A DNA stretch of 64,000 bases, from the IMG/VR virus record IMGVR_UViG_3300033121_000786, positions 45,841 to 109,840 of that record; one strand, written 5' to 3'. Below the pieces are notes generated by a model. That model worked only from the letters and a program-made list of their open reading frames with translations. It had not been told where the DNA came from and made no database searches. Source of the stretch: a virus (taxonomy: Duplodnaviria > Caudoviricetes). Both the position numbers and the translations under genes were made by a program. Positions 49,010 to 59,330 of the stretch are shown one piece after another; positions within the stretch are counted from its first letter, which is position 1, and every line of letters starts with the position of its first letter.

Positions 49010-49475
49010 AAATATAATTTTTAATTTAGTATTGTCAGGAATGGTAGTGACAGTATTATTATTAATTTCATATATTTATATATATAAACCATTACAAATA
49101 ACATATAATTATTCTTTATTACAACATCAACCATTAATTAATTCTACAAAAGATACATTTAAAGGATTTGTTACAGGAAATTGGTTATCTCCTGCTGGAG
49201 TAAATCTGGAAATATCATTAAAAATTAGTCCAAATAATATTGTGATTAATGATAATAATTATGATGTTATAATTGATGATATTGATATTATTTTAGGAAT
49301 AATTAAATTACATGATATTAAAAATAATTATAAATTTCAAATTAATAAACTTTTTGAAGTTCCTGGATATGTTATATCAGTAACTTTTGATCCGAGAGTA
49401 TTATCATGTGATACAATTAAAAATTACACGGAAACTTGTACGAGAATTTTTTATTGGCAACCTAAAAACACTTGA
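48990..49475 (+). CDS. N-terminally anchored membrane protein
   Basis: TM at about residues 9-31; two C-terminal Cys. Confidence 0.5.
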   Translation: MNTQNIKNIIFNLVLSGMVVTVLLLISYIYIYKPLQITYNYSLLQHQPLINSTKDTFKGFVTGNWLSPAGVNLEISLKISPNNIVINDNNYDVIIDDIDIILGIIKLHDIKNNYKFQINKLFEVPGYVISVTFDPRVLSCDTIKNYTETCTRIFYWQPKNT

Positions 49476-49500
49476 TTTTTTACACATTCTTGTGTAAAAT
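49472..49500 (+). promoter_or_regulatory. sigma70-like promoter for primase
   Basis: TTGATT-N17-TAAAAT. Confidence 0.6.
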
Positions 49501-49530
49501 TATAATGAGAAGTGAAATTAAAGAGATATT

Positions 49531-50538
49531 ATGTTTTATATTGACGTGAAGTTTTTAAAAATGTTATCGTGTCGTCTTGATGGATTTGTTCAAAAAACAT
49601 CGGATTTATTTAATTTTAGATGTCCATATTGTCATGATTCTCAAAAAACAAAAGGAAAAAAAAGAGGATATTTATATCGTAAGAAACAAAACCTCTTTTT
49701 TTATTGTCATAATTGCGGACAATCTACGACATTTAGTAAGTTTTTAAAATATCTTGATCCAAGTATATATAAAGAATATAAATTAGAAACTTTTGCTGAA
49801 AAATATAATAAAGTATCTTCTAAATCAGATTTTATTTTTGAACAACCGGTTTTTAATATAAAAAATGATATTAATTTACCAAAACTTAATAAATTATCAA
49901 ATGATAATATTGCAAAATCTTATGTAATATCGAGAAAAATACCAGAAAAGTTTTATTCTGATCTTTATTATGCAGAAGATTTTAAAGAATTTGTTTTTAG
50001 TATTTTCCCTCAATATAATAGTAATGATTTAATTGATAATGATCCAAGATTAATCATTCCATTTCGTAATGAACAAGGAAAATTAACTATGTTTCAAGGA
50101 AGAACATTAGTAAATTCTAAACTTAGATACATTACAATAAAACCAAATAAAAATGATATTAAACTTTTTGGATTGGATCGAGTAGTTAAAAATAAATTAA
50201 TATATATTGTAGAAGGACCGATTGATTCATTATTATTACCAAATGCAGTAGCAACAGCAGATTCTTGTTTAGAATATGGATTAAATTATTTAAAAGATTG
50301 TAATGTAATTTTAATACCAGATAATCAACCAAGAAATCGTGAACTTGTTAAGATTATTGGAAATTACATTAAAAAGGATTATAACGTTTGTCTTTTACCA
50401 GAATTTTTGCCTGGAAAAGATATTAATGAAATTATTATGAATGGATATTCTATTGATGAATTACAAACGATTATCAAAAATAATACATTTTCTGGATTAA
50501 TGGCAAAGTTAGAATTTGATAAATGGAGAAAAATTTAA
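49531..50538 (+). CDS. 61: DNA primase gp61
   Basis: NFRCPYC.DS...CHNC, RLIIPF, FQGR, VEGPIDS, DNQPRN, KDIN. Confidence 0.96.
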   Translation: MFYIDVKFLKMLSCRLDGFVQKTSDLFNFRCPYCHDSQKTKGKKRGYLYRKKQNLFFYCHNCGQSTTFSKFLKYLDPSIYKEYKLETFAEKYNKVSSKSDFIFEQPVFNIKNDINLPKLNKLSNDNIAKSYVISRKIPEKFYSDLYYAEDFKEFVFSIFPQYNSNDLIDNDPRLIIPFRNEQGKLTMFQGRTLVNSKLRYITIKPNKNDIKLFGLDRVVKNKLIYIVEGPIDSLLLPNAVATADSCLEYGLNYLKDCNVILIPDNQPRNRELVKIIGNYIKKDYNVCLLPEFLPGKDINEIIMNGYSIDELQTIIKNNTFSGLMAKLEFDKWRKI

Positions 50539-50721
50539 ATGATTTATGACTTTTTAGAATTTTTATTATTAATAGTTATAGGTATTAGTGTATTTTTTAT
50601 GGTAATTTTATTCATGATATTATTAAGTATAATAGTGTTTACATTATTTTTTGTTATATTAATAATTTATTTAATTGATTCGGTTTCAGATTATTTTAAA
50701 AGCGCAACTATTGAGGATTAA
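50539..50721 (+). CDS. Small hydrophobic membrane protein
   Basis: ~40 consecutive mostly hydrophobic residues. Confidence 0.45.
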   Translation: MIYDFLEFLLLIVIGISVFFMVILFMILLSIIVFTLFFVILIIYLIDSVSDYFKSATIED

Positions 50722-50905
50722 AAATGACCTATATTAAACCCCCATTAAAAAAAATTAAAATAACAGAACAAGAAATTGAAGATGAATATCTTGATTTATT
50801 AAAAAATGCCGTTTCGTTTGAAGAATTACAATCTATAATTCAATCATTAGGTGGTGAATTAGAAAGAGTAGAAAATATTACCTATCATTAAGTGGAGTTT
50901 TTATT

Positions 50906-51307
50906 ATGACTAAACATACAGTTGATCTTACCCGTTATATGGAATTTGTTGCTTCAATCACAAGTAATGAATCCAATGATTTTGAATTTTTTGTGAATAG
51001 ATTACATGAACTTCAAAATTCTAATGTAAATTTACCTTTATTACTTACTGCTGGAATTGGATTATCCAGCGAAGCAGGAGAATTTCTTGAATATTTGAAA
51101 AAGATTGTTTTTCAAAAGAAACCTTTAACAGAAGAAAATAAAGAAAAAATGATATCAGAATTAGGTGATATCTTTTGGTATTTAGTTAACGGTTGTCGTG
51201 CATTAGGAGTTGATCCTAATGATGTCGTTAAAGAAAATATCAATAAACTTATTCAACGTTACCCTGCTGGACAATTTGATGAATATTATAGCGAGAATAG
51301 AAATTAA
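50906..51307 (+). CDS. mazG: MazG-family NTP pyrophosphohydrolase
   Basis: GL.SEAGEF.E..KK..FQ, ELGDIFWY, N..KL..RYP. Confidence 0.92.
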   Translation: MTKHTVDLTRYMEFVASITSNESNDFEFFVNRLHELQNSNVNLPLLLTAGIGLSSEAGEFLEYLKKIVFQKKPLTEENKEKMISELGDIFWYLVNGCRALGVDPNDVVKENINKLIQRYPAGQFDEYYSENRN

Positions 51308-51475
51308 TAAAAATGGACAATAAATATATTTTACCACCAATTAACTTATGGAATTTTTGGATGTATAATAAACTCATCAGAGAATATGATGACAAAACCA
51401 TTTATAAAGAATGGATTGATGCAAAAATAAAGGAAATTATGGATAATTGAATTTCTTTTAACCTGGAATGTAAAT

Positions 51476-51667
51476 ATGAAAAATAAAGAACAAATTATTA
51501 TGGATATGTGTTATACATACCGACATGATTATGGATTAGAAAAAATTGACGGTATCATATCTTCAGGAACTTCACAGGAAGAAAGAAAATATATTTATGG
51601 TATAATGAAACAAATGTTTGAAAATTGTATTGAACCATATATGGAATTTAAAATTAACAATCAATAA
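51476..51667 (+). CDS. Hypothetical protein
   Basis: MC.TYRHDYGL motif; 63 aa. Confidence 0.6.
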   Translation: MKNKEQIIMDMCYTYRHDYGLEKIDGIISSGTSQEERKYIYGIMKQMFENCIEPYMEFKINNQ

Positions 51668-51685
51668 TTTAACCGAGGATAAGAT

Positions 51686-54600
51686 ATGCAAAACAAAGGG
51701 AAAAAATTTCTTAGTGATCTAAAATTACACTCTGATTATCTTAAATGGCAAGATGATAAAGACAGATATGAAACTTGGGAAGAAGCGTGTGAGTCAATAA
51801 TTGATGGTCATAAACAACAATATGCAGATAAATTAACAGAATTACAATCATATTTAGATTCTGCATTAGAAAGTATGAAGAATAAATCTGTTTTAGCATC
51901 ACAAAGAAATTTACAATTTAGATATCCTCAAGTTAAAAAATCTAATAGTCGATTATATAATTGTTCTAGTACACATTGCGTTAGAAATAGAGTTTTTCAA
52001 GAAGTTTTCTTTCTTGGGTTAAATGGTTGTGGCGTTGGGATAAGTTTACTACTTCCTTATGTGAATAATTTAAGTAAAATTCAAAAAAGAACATTAGGAA
52101 CAAAAACTTATATTATTCCAGATTCTATTGAAGGTTGGTCTGATTCTTTAGGGGTATTAATGTCTTCATATTTTGTTGATAATCAACCTTTCCCTGAATA
52201 TGCGGGTTATGAGGTTAAATTTGATTATTCTCAAATTAGATCACAAGGAACAAAAATTTCGGGTGGATTCAAAGCTCCGGGTCCAAACGGATTAAAGTTT
52301 TCGTTAGAAAAAATTGAAAATCTATTAGAAACTTGGATTGAGAAAGAAGGTAATACTATAAGACCGATTTTAGCGTTTGATATATTTTGTCATTCTGCGG
52401 ATTCAGTTCTTTCAGGATCAGTTAGACGATCAGCTTTAAATATGTTAGTTGATCCTAATGATGAGGAAATGATTCATGCTAAAACTGGAAATTGGAGAGC
52501 AGAAAATCCTCAACGTGCACGATCAAACAATTCTGTTTTATTTAAAAGAAATCATGTGACCAAAGAAGAATTTGAAAGGATTGTTCATCTTAATGATGGA
52601 GATAGTGATATAGGATTTGCCTTTGTAAATAGTTGGTTTGAAAACCTAAACCCCTGTTTTGAAATTACTAAATTACCAATTTTAACAGAAGAAGATTTAC
52701 GAACTATTGAATATGAGAAAATTCCAGAATTTATTAAAGAAAACGAAAATAACTTTGGTGTAGCATTTTGCAATTTAACAGAAATTAATGCAGAAAAATG
52801 TTTAACAAAAGAAAAATTTCTTAGATATTGTATTGATGCTTCTGTAATAGGAACATTACAAGCGGGATATACAATTTTCCCATATTTAGGGGAAACGACC
52901 GAAAAAATTGTTAAACGGGAAGCATTATTAGGAGTTTCTATTACTGGTTGGATGAACAATCCAAAGTTGTTTAATCCAGAACTTTTAAAAGAAGGTGCTA
53001 ACTTAGTTAAAGAAACTAATAAAAAAGTCGCTTCTATTATTAATATTAATTCTGCGGCAAGAACTACTACTGTTAAACCATCAGGAACAGCGTCTATAAT
53101 TTTAGGAACTGCTTCTGGAATTCATCCAGAACATTCAGAACGATATTTTCGTATAATGCAATTAAACAAACAAACAGATACCGCAAAATGGTTGAAAGAA
53201 AATATGGAGTTTCTTTTAGAAGAATCTGTTTGGTCTGCAACAAATAACGATTATGTAGTATTTGTCCCTGTTGAGAACCCTAAAGAGGGATTATATAAGA
53301 AAGATGTAAAAGGAATAAAGCATCTTGAATTAATTAAATTAGTTCAAGAGAATTGGGTAAGGGAAGGAACAAATAATGACGCGGGAATATACGAAGACAT
53401 TACGCATAATGTATCTTGTTTTACAAAAGATACTAAATTTTATACTAAAACTGGAATTAAATCATTTAATGATTTTAAAAATGGAGATTATGTAGAAGTT
53501 ATTAATAAACAAGGAGAATTCTCAAAATCTAAAATTATATATGGTGGAAAGCAAGAAATATATAAATTAACACTTACTAAAAAGAATCAATTAAAAGAAA
53601 TTTATACAACAAAAAATCACAAATGGTATGTTAATTATAAATGGGATAGAAATTTTAAAAGTAAAGAATTATTATTAAATACAAGTGAATTACAACCAGG
53701 AATGAAAATTCCATTGGTAATACCTGATGAATTTCCAGAATTCAATTTAGAAGCATTTTTACATGGATGTACTTTTGGAGATGGAACATTACATAAAAAC
53801 AATAATAAATGTCAAATTTATTTGTTTGGTGATAAAATGAATTTATTGCCATATTTTGAAGAATTTGGATGTTCGGGTATTGATAGAGGAAATCATATAA
53901 GGATTTATGGATTACCTAGTCATTGGAAACAATTACCAAGTTCTATTGATCCAAGTTATATTAGAAGTTTTATATCAGGATGGTTTAATACGGATGGATA
54001 TATAAGTTCACGAGGACAAACTGTATCAATATCTAATATTAATTATAACAATGTGTGTTGGATTAAAAATAATGCTTGTGTTGGTAAGATATTTCCTAAT
54101 TTTATTTCAACAATAAATCTTAAAGAAGATAATACTTATTCAAAACAAGATAAATTTTATTATATTAGTTTCTTTAAAGAATCTCTTGATCGTACTTTTT
54201 TTAAACATCCTAAAAAGTTACAAAGATGGGAAGAATATATTAAAAACAGAAAACAAAAAAGTAAAAAATGGAAAATTACTTCTGTTGAGAAAACTTCATG
54301 TATGGAAGATGTCTATTGTATTGAAGAACCAAATACTAATTCGTTTTTATTAGATGATAATATATTAACACATAATTGTACAGTTTTGATAGAAAATAAA
54401 GATGAAATGGTAAATTATATTTTTGATAATAAAGATATTTTTACCGCAGTTTCGTTTCTTTCTGATTATGGTGATAAAGATTTTAATCAAGCACCATTTA
54501 CTTCAGTATTAACATTAGAAGAATTAATTGCTAATTATGGTACTGCAACAGTTTTTGCTTCAGGATTAATTGTTGATGGTTTACATTATTTTGATAATAA

Positions 54601-54916
54601 TTTATGGTTAGCCTGTGATCTTTTACTTGATATCGAAGAAAAAAATCCTATTATTGGTACTAGAGAACAAGTAATGTTACGGAAATATTGGTTAAAACGT
54701 GCCAAGAAATTTGCAAAGAATTATTTTAAAGGTGATCTTCATAAAATGGTGTATTGTTTAAAAGACGTTCATTTATTTCATAAATGGGACATCATAAATA
54801 GACAGTTTAGAGAAGTAGATTTTTCTAAAATTTTGTCTAAACCAGTATTTAAAGAAATTGGTGAATTCGGTGCAGTTGCTTGTTCTGGTGGACAATGTGA
54901 AATTGTAAGTTTTTAA
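51686..54916 (+). CDS. nrdJ: Class II (B12-dependent) ribonucleotide reductase with intein
   Basis: YNC, G.VRRSA, R..SNNS, NPCFEI, CNLTEIN, TVKPSGT, C-terminal ACSGGQCE; 756-aa extein; no adjacent nrdB. Confidence 0.9.
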   Translation: MQNKGKKFLSDLKLHSDYLKWQDDKDRYETWEEACESIIDGHKQQYADKLTELQSYLDSALESMKNKSVLASQRNLQFRYPQVKKSNSRLYNCSSTHCVRNRVFQEVFFLGLNGCGVGISLLLPYVNNLSKIQKRTLGTKTYIIPDSIEGWSDSLGVLMSSYFVDNQPFPEYAGYEVKFDYSQIRSQGTKISGGFKAPGPNGLKFSLEKIENLLETWIEKEGNTIRPILAFDIFCHSADSVLSGSVRRSALNMLVDPNDEEMIHAKTGNWRAENPQRARSNNSVLFKRNHVTKEEFERIVHLNDGDSDIGFAFVNSWFENLNPCFEITKLPILTEEDLRTIEYEKIPEFIKENENNFGVAFCNLTEINAEKCLTKEKFLRYCIDASVIGTLQAGYTIFPYLGETTEKIVKREALLGVSITGWMNNPKLFNPELLKEGANLVKETNKKVASIININSAARTTTVKPSGTASIILGTASGIHPEHSERYFRIMQLNKQTDTAKWLKENMEFLLEESVWSATNNDYVVFVPVENPKEGLYKKDVKGIKHLELIKLVQENWVREGTNNDAGIYEDITHNVSCFTKDTKFYTKTGIKSFNDFKNGDYVEVINKQGEFSKSKIIYGGKQEIYKLTLTKKNQLKEIYTTKNHKWYVNYKWDRNFKSKELLLNTSELQPGMKIPLVIPDEFPEFNLEAFLHGCTFGDGTLHKNNNKCQIYLFGDKMNLLPYFEEFGCSGIDRGNHIRIYGLPSHWKQLPSSIDPSYIRSFISGWFNTDGYISSRGQTVSISNINYNNVCWIKNNACVGKIFPNFISTINLKEDNTYSKQDKFYYISFFKESLDRTFFKHPKKLQRWEEYIKNRKQKSKKWKITSVEKTSCMEDVYCIEEPNTNSFLLDDNILTHNCTVLIENKDEMVNYIFDNKDIFTAVSFLSDYGDKDFNQAPFTSVLTLEELIANYGTATVFASGLIVDGLHYFDNNLWLACDLLLDIEEKNPIIGTREQVMLRKYWLKRAKKFAKNYFKGDLHKMVYCLKDVHLFHKWDIINRQFREVDFSKILSKPVFKEIGEFGAVACSGGQCEIVSF
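53417..54376 (+). mobile_element. LAGLIDADG-containing intein (320 aa) in NrdJ
   Basis: HNVS|CFTKDTKF...TKNHKW...LHGCTFGDG...ISGWFNTDG...VYCIEEP...ILTHN|CTV. Confidence 0.94.
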
Positions 54917-54927
54917 GAGAATTATAT

Positions 54928-55749
54928 ATGATAAAAAAAGTAATTATATTAAGTGGTGGATTTGATCCTTTACATTCTGGACATATTGAAATGTTTAAAG
55001 AAGCAAAGAATCATGGTAATTATATTGTTGTGTGTCTTAATTCTGATGAATGGTTAATTAAAAAGAAGGGTACTAATTTTTTAAACGTAGAAGAAAGACG
55101 ATCAATTTTAGAAAGTAATAAATATGTTGATAAAGTTATTACATTTCAAGAAGATGAATATGGATCAGCTATTCCGGGTATAGAAAAAGCAGTTTATTAT
55201 TTTAAAAATAATGTTTTTGATATAGATTATGGAAATGGAAGTCTTTATCAATTTGAATTTTATTTTGCGAATGGTGGTGATCGTAATAAAAATACTACAC
55301 CACCATTAGAACAACAATATTGCGAAAAAAATAATATTAAATTATTATGGGGAATTGGAGGAAAGAAATCTAATTCCTCATCTTGGATACTTAATCGGTA
55401 TATTGATTGGCATTTTGAAATGACAGATAGACCGTGGGGTAAATATAAAGTATTATATCAAGATAGTAATAAAAAAATAAAATTAATAGAAGTAGATGGT
55501 AATAAAAGTCTTAGTTTACAAAGTCATAAACAAAGAAGTGAACATTGGGTGGTTGTTTTAGGTCAAGCGAAAGTTAAATTAGAAACTGAAACAATTATTC
55601 AAGAAATTATTATTAATAGAAATGAGTCAATTTATGTTCCTTGTGGAGCAAAACATAAATTGATAAATAATACAAATGAAATTCTACAAGTAGTAGAAGT
55701 TCAGGTTGGAGATTATTTAGGTGAAGATGATATCATAAGATATGATTAA
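54928..55749 (+). CDS. Fusion: HIGH-type cytidylyltransferase-like domain plus type II phosphomannose isomerase cupin
   Basis: SGGFDPLHSGH...FANGGDR...SSS; then RPWG.Y, LSLQ.H..RSEHWVVV, EVQ.GDYLGEDDIIR. Confidence 0.88.
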   Translation: MIKKVIILSGGFDPLHSGHIEMFKEAKNHGNYIVVCLNSDEWLIKKKGTNFLNVEERRSILESNKYVDKVITFQEDEYGSAIPGIEKAVYYFKNNVFDIDYGNGSLYQFEFYFANGGDRNKNTTPPLEQQYCEKNNIKLLWGIGGKKSNSSSWILNRYIDWHFEMTDRPWGKYKVLYQDSNKKIKLIEVDGNKSLSLQSHKQRSEHWVVVLGQAKVKLETETIIQEIIINRNESIYVPCGAKHKLINNTNEILQVVEVQVGDYLGEDDIIRYD

Positions 55750-55760
55750 ATGGAGAGAAT

Positions 55761-55967
55761 ATGTCAAAAAAAATAGAAACTGTTTGTGATAATTGTTCAT
55801 CACAATTTGAATTGAAATTTAATGAAGATTTAGTAAAGGAACATGAAGAAATTTATTGTCCTTTTTGTGGAACTTTAATTGAAGAAAGTGTAGAAGAAGA
55901 TATAGAAGAATATAAAGATGATGAACAGTCATTTATAGAATATATTCAAGAAGATATGTGGGATTAA
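55761..55967 (+). CDS. Small Zn-ribbon protein with acidic tail
   Basis: CDNC...CPFCG. Confidence 0.75.
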   Translation: MSKKIETVCDNCSSQFELKFNEDLVKEHEEIYCPFCGTLIEESVEEDIEEYKDDEQSFIEYIQEDMWD

Positions 55968-55973
55968 ATAAAT

Positions 55974-56381
55974 TTGTCATGGGTTTATCAAGATAAACCT
56001 TTTACAAATCCTGAAAAATATTTTGGGTTTGTTTATATTATAATAAATAAATTAACGAACAAAAAATATATAGGGAAGAAACAATTTGCCTTTAAAAAAA
56101 TAAAATCTGTAAAACGTAAAAAAGTGTCCTATTTCGTAGAATCTGATTGGCAAGAATATCATGGATCATCTGATAAATTACATGAAGATTTTATAAATTT
56201 TGGTGAAGAAAATTTTGAAAAAATAATTTTAAAATTATGTAAAAATAAAAGTGAATGTAGTTATTATGAATTAAAATTTCAAATGGAATATGATGTATTA
56301 TTAAAACCAGATGAATATTATAATGAATGGGTTTCAGTAAAAATTTCTAGGAAAAATTTGGGAGTTGACAAGCACACATGA
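55974..56381 (+). CDS. GIY-YIG nuclease (endonuclease II-like, catalytic domain only)
   Basis: GFVY.I.N....KKYIGKK, ESDW..Y.GS, YYE...Q, YYN. Confidence 0.85.
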   Translation: MSWVYQDKPFTNPEKYFGFVYIIINKLTNKKYIGKKQFAFKKIKSVKRKKVSYFVESDWQEYHGSSDKLHEDFINFGEENFEKIILKLCKNKSECSYYELKFQMEYDVLLKPDEYYNEWVSVKISRKNLGVDKHT

Positions 56382-56393
56382 GTATGATATAAT
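56365..56393 (+). promoter_or_regulatory. Consensus sigma70 promoter
   Basis: TTGACA-N17-TATAAT with TGn extension. Confidence 0.8.
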
Positions 56394-56395
56394 AT

Positions 56396-56749
56396 ATGCA
56401 GTTAAATGAAGAATTAAAAATAATGTTCAATGATGGAGTAGATGGAGTTCATTTTATTCCTATAAAAAATAATGGAATAGATATAAAAGGATTTTTATAC
56501 GATAAGAAATCGAAATATGATAAACAAGAATTAGGTCATGTTTATCATATTGTAATATATCAATGTACCCAAAATGGAAAAATTTATAGTCTTGATAATT
56601 TTGATGCGATTTTAATTGATCCGAGTGTATATATAACAAATCTTATTAATTGTGATTTTTTTGGTGTAGTAAGCAAAAAAACTAAACAATCTCATAAATT
56701 TATTAAAACTCTTTTAAAACAACTTAAACCATTTTATGAAAAAACTTGA
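56396..56749 (+). CDS. Hypothetical protein
   Basis: 117-aa ORF; the true start may be the downstream ATG given the promoter position. Confidence 0.55.
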   Translation: MQLNEELKIMFNDGVDGVHFIPIKNNGIDIKGFLYDKKSKYDKQELGHVYHIVIYQCTQNGKIYSLDNFDAILIDPSVYITNLINCDFFGVVSKKTKQSHKFIKTLLKQLKPFYEKT

Positions 56750-57797
56750 TCTCGATGCAGTCATTTTTGGACCAGAACCAGAAGCAAATTCACATACAAT
56801 ACATAGAGCATTATATTGGTATGGGAATAAAAAAACTTCAGAAGATTCAAAGTCTTATACAATTGAATTTGCAAAACAAAATCAATTTCCATCAGAAACA
56901 ATAAAGAAATTATCTTATGTACCAGAATCCTTATTTAAAAATCTTGGATTTGTATGCAGATTAATTTCAAGAGGATTTTCTTTAAATAAAGAAGAATGGA
57001 TTTCTTCAAGAATTTCTGAACTTATAACTGCAACAAAAATTGAAGAATCTTCTCCCGAGGAAACCTCAAAACCTGATATTCAAGAAAGAATATTTAATCA
57101 AGGAACTTATTATATCAATGAAATAGAAGAAAAAATTGATGATGTTATAAAAAATAGAAACTTTACATTTAATTGTTATGACTGGTTGGTTGCGAATTCA
57201 ATTAAACCAATTTATGTTAATCAAATTATAAAACATTATGTTCCGTTATTGTTAGAATTAACTCAAGCATATAAAAAACAAGATGATCAATTAGTAGAAG
57301 CATATTTGCATTGGTCCCAAAATGATTTAAAAAATTATCTTTTGTTTGTTACTAATTTAATTTCAGATTGTGATAAATTTGGAAAAAATACAAAAACAGT
57401 ACGGAAAACAAGGAAGAAAAAAGTTGTTCCAGCAGATAAGAAAGTAGCAAAACTAAATTTTAAAAAAGAAGATACTGAATATAAAATTGTATCTATTAAT
57501 CCAGTTGATATTATTGCAGCACAACAATTGTGGGTATTTAATACCAAAACTAGAAAATTAGGTGTATTTTATTCAAATGACGAATCTGGATTTAATGTAA
57601 AAGGTTCTACATTAGAAAATTTTAATGAAATAACTTCAATTACAAAAACCTTACGAAAACCATTGGATATTATTCCAACAGTAATTAAAAGTAAGAAAAC
57701 CGATCTCAAAAAGATTATGGTAAATATTAAAGCGAAGGATTCTCCTCTATTGGGAAGAATTAATTCTGATACGGTTTTACTTAAAGTGATTAAATGA
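56736..57797 (+). CDS. Conserved T4-like hypothetical protein
   Basis: GPEP, L.EAY, SINP..I......WVFNTKTRKL..., VKG.TL..F, KTLRKP, GRIN. Confidence 0.75.
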   Translation: MKKLDLDAVIFGPEPEANSHTIHRALYWYGNKKTSEDSKSYTIEFAKQNQFPSETIKKLSYVPESLFKNLGFVCRLISRGFSLNKEEWISSRISELITATKIEESSPEETSKPDIQERIFNQGTYYINEIEEKIDDVIKNRNFTFNCYDWLVANSIKPIYVNQIIKHYVPLLLELTQAYKKQDDQLVEAYLHWSQNDLKNYLLFVTNLISDCDKFGKNTKTVRKTRKKKVVPADKKVAKLNFKKEDTEYKIVSINPVDIIAAQQLWVFNTKTRKLGVFYSNDESGFNVKGSTLENFNEITSITKTLRKPLDIIPTVIKSKKTDLKKIMVNIKAKDSPLLGRINSDTVLLKVIK

Positions 57798-58498
57798 CCC
57801 CTATTTACATTTTTGATGTTGATGGTACAATAACACCATGTCGTAGTCAAATGGAATCGGATGTTTATCCAAAATTCCTAGAATTTTGTTCAATTAATAA
57901 AGTTGCTCTGGTGACAGGATCAACTAAACCAATGTTAGAAGAACAAATTCCAAACGACATTTTAAATCTTTGTGATGTATATACTTGTCTTGGAGTAGAT
58001 GGATTAAAAACTTTTGACGTTGATTATGAAATTAACGATGATAAATTAATTGAAACTCTAAATTCTATAATAGAACATTCTCGGTATAATTTTAAAACAG
58101 GAAATCATATAGAAATAAGAAAAGGAATGATTAATTTTAGTATTATTGGTAGAAATGCAAATAAAAAACAACGACAAGAATATAGTTTATTTGACAAAGA
58201 AAATAAACAACGCGAATATTTAATTTCTTTATTAAAACAAACTCATCCAAATTATGATTATTTTAGAGGGGGTGCAATATCAATTGATATAGCAAAAAAA
58301 GGTATAAATAAATCATTGGTTGGAAAAGATTTAAAAACTCTTTATCCTGATTCTTATTTTATATTTTATGCAGATGGAATTTTAAATGGTAATGATTATC
58401 CATTAGCAGAATATATTCGGGAATTGAATACAGGTTATTCAATTCAAATTGATTATAAATATATGAAGAATAAAATTTTATGCAACTTATTGACTTAA
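57794..58498 (+). CDS. Eukaryote-type (HAD IIB) phosphomannomutase
   Basis: FDVDGTITP.R, VTGS, IE.R.GMINFSIIGR, GG.ISIDI, GNDY. Confidence 0.85.
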   Translation: MTPIYIFDVDGTITPCRSQMESDVYPKFLEFCSINKVALVTGSTKPMLEEQIPNDILNLCDVYTCLGVDGLKTFDVDYEINDDKLIETLNSIIEHSRYNFKTGNHIEIRKGMINFSIIGRNANKKQRQEYSLFDKENKQREYLISLLKQTHPNYDYFRGGAISIDIAKKGINKSLVGKDLKTLYPDSYFIFYADGILNGNDYPLAEYIRELNTGYSIQIDYKYMKNKILCNLLT

Positions 58499-59328
58499 AT
58501 CAAATGATGTTAACCGGATTAATTAGTAATATTAATCCAAAAGATCAATTAGATGAACTTTTAATGCGACATATCATTCTTAATACATTAAGAAGTTATG
58601 TTAAACGATTTAGAAATGATTTTGGAGAAGCAATTCTTTGTTGTGATTCAAGAGGTTATTGGAGAAAAGAGGTTTTTCCATTTTATAAATGTCAAAGAAA
58701 AGATGAAAGAGAAAAATCTTCTTTCAATTGGAATGCAATTTTTAAAGTAACGAATGCACTTAAAGAAGATTTAAAAACAAATTTTCCCTACAAAGTAATA
58801 GAAGTTTATGGTGCTGAAGCCGATGATATTATTGCAGTTCTATGTAAAAAATATCATATTCATGAATCAATTTTAATCTTATCTTCAGATAAAGATTTCC
58901 TACAATTACAAAAATATAATAATATTCAACAAGTTAATTTAAAAACAAAAGAATTTATGGTTTCAGATCACCCAAAAGAAGATTTAATTAAAAAAATCTT
59001 TACGGGTGATCCCAGAGATGGTATTCCAAATATATTATCTTCTGATTCAGTGTTTAATGATAAACAACGACAAAAACCATTAACTAAAAAACAATTATAT
59101 TCATGGTTGTCTTCTTCAAATGATTTAGATCAAATCTTAACAGAAGAACAATATGCTAATTTTAAAAGAAACGATCTTCTTATTAATTTTGATAATATTC
59201 CTGAAGAATTAACAAATAAAATTATTGCAAAATTTGATACTGTAAAACCAAATCCAAAACAAAAAATGTATGAATATTTTGTTGAAAATGAAATGATTAA
59301 TTTTATAAATTGTATAGAGGATTTTTAA
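58480..59328 (+). CDS. rnh: T4-type RNase H / 5'-3' exonuclease (FEN family)
   Basis: LIDLNQ, CD...YWRK..FP.YK..RK, AEADDIIA, SSDKDFLQL, GDP.DGIPN. Confidence 0.95.
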   Translation: MQLIDLNQMMLTGLISNINPKDQLDELLMRHIILNTLRSYVKRFRNDFGEAILCCDSRGYWRKEVFPFYKCQRKDEREKSSFNWNAIFKVTNALKEDLKTNFPYKVIEVYGAEADDIIAVLCKKYHIHESILILSSDKDFLQLQKYNNIQQVNLKTKEFMVSDHPKEDLIKKIFTGDPRDGIPNILSSDSVFNDKQRQKPLTKKQLYSWLSSSNDLDQILTEEQYANFKRNDLLINFDNIPEELTNKIIAKFDTVKPNPKQKMYEYFVENEMINFINCIEDF

Positions 59329-59330
59329 TA

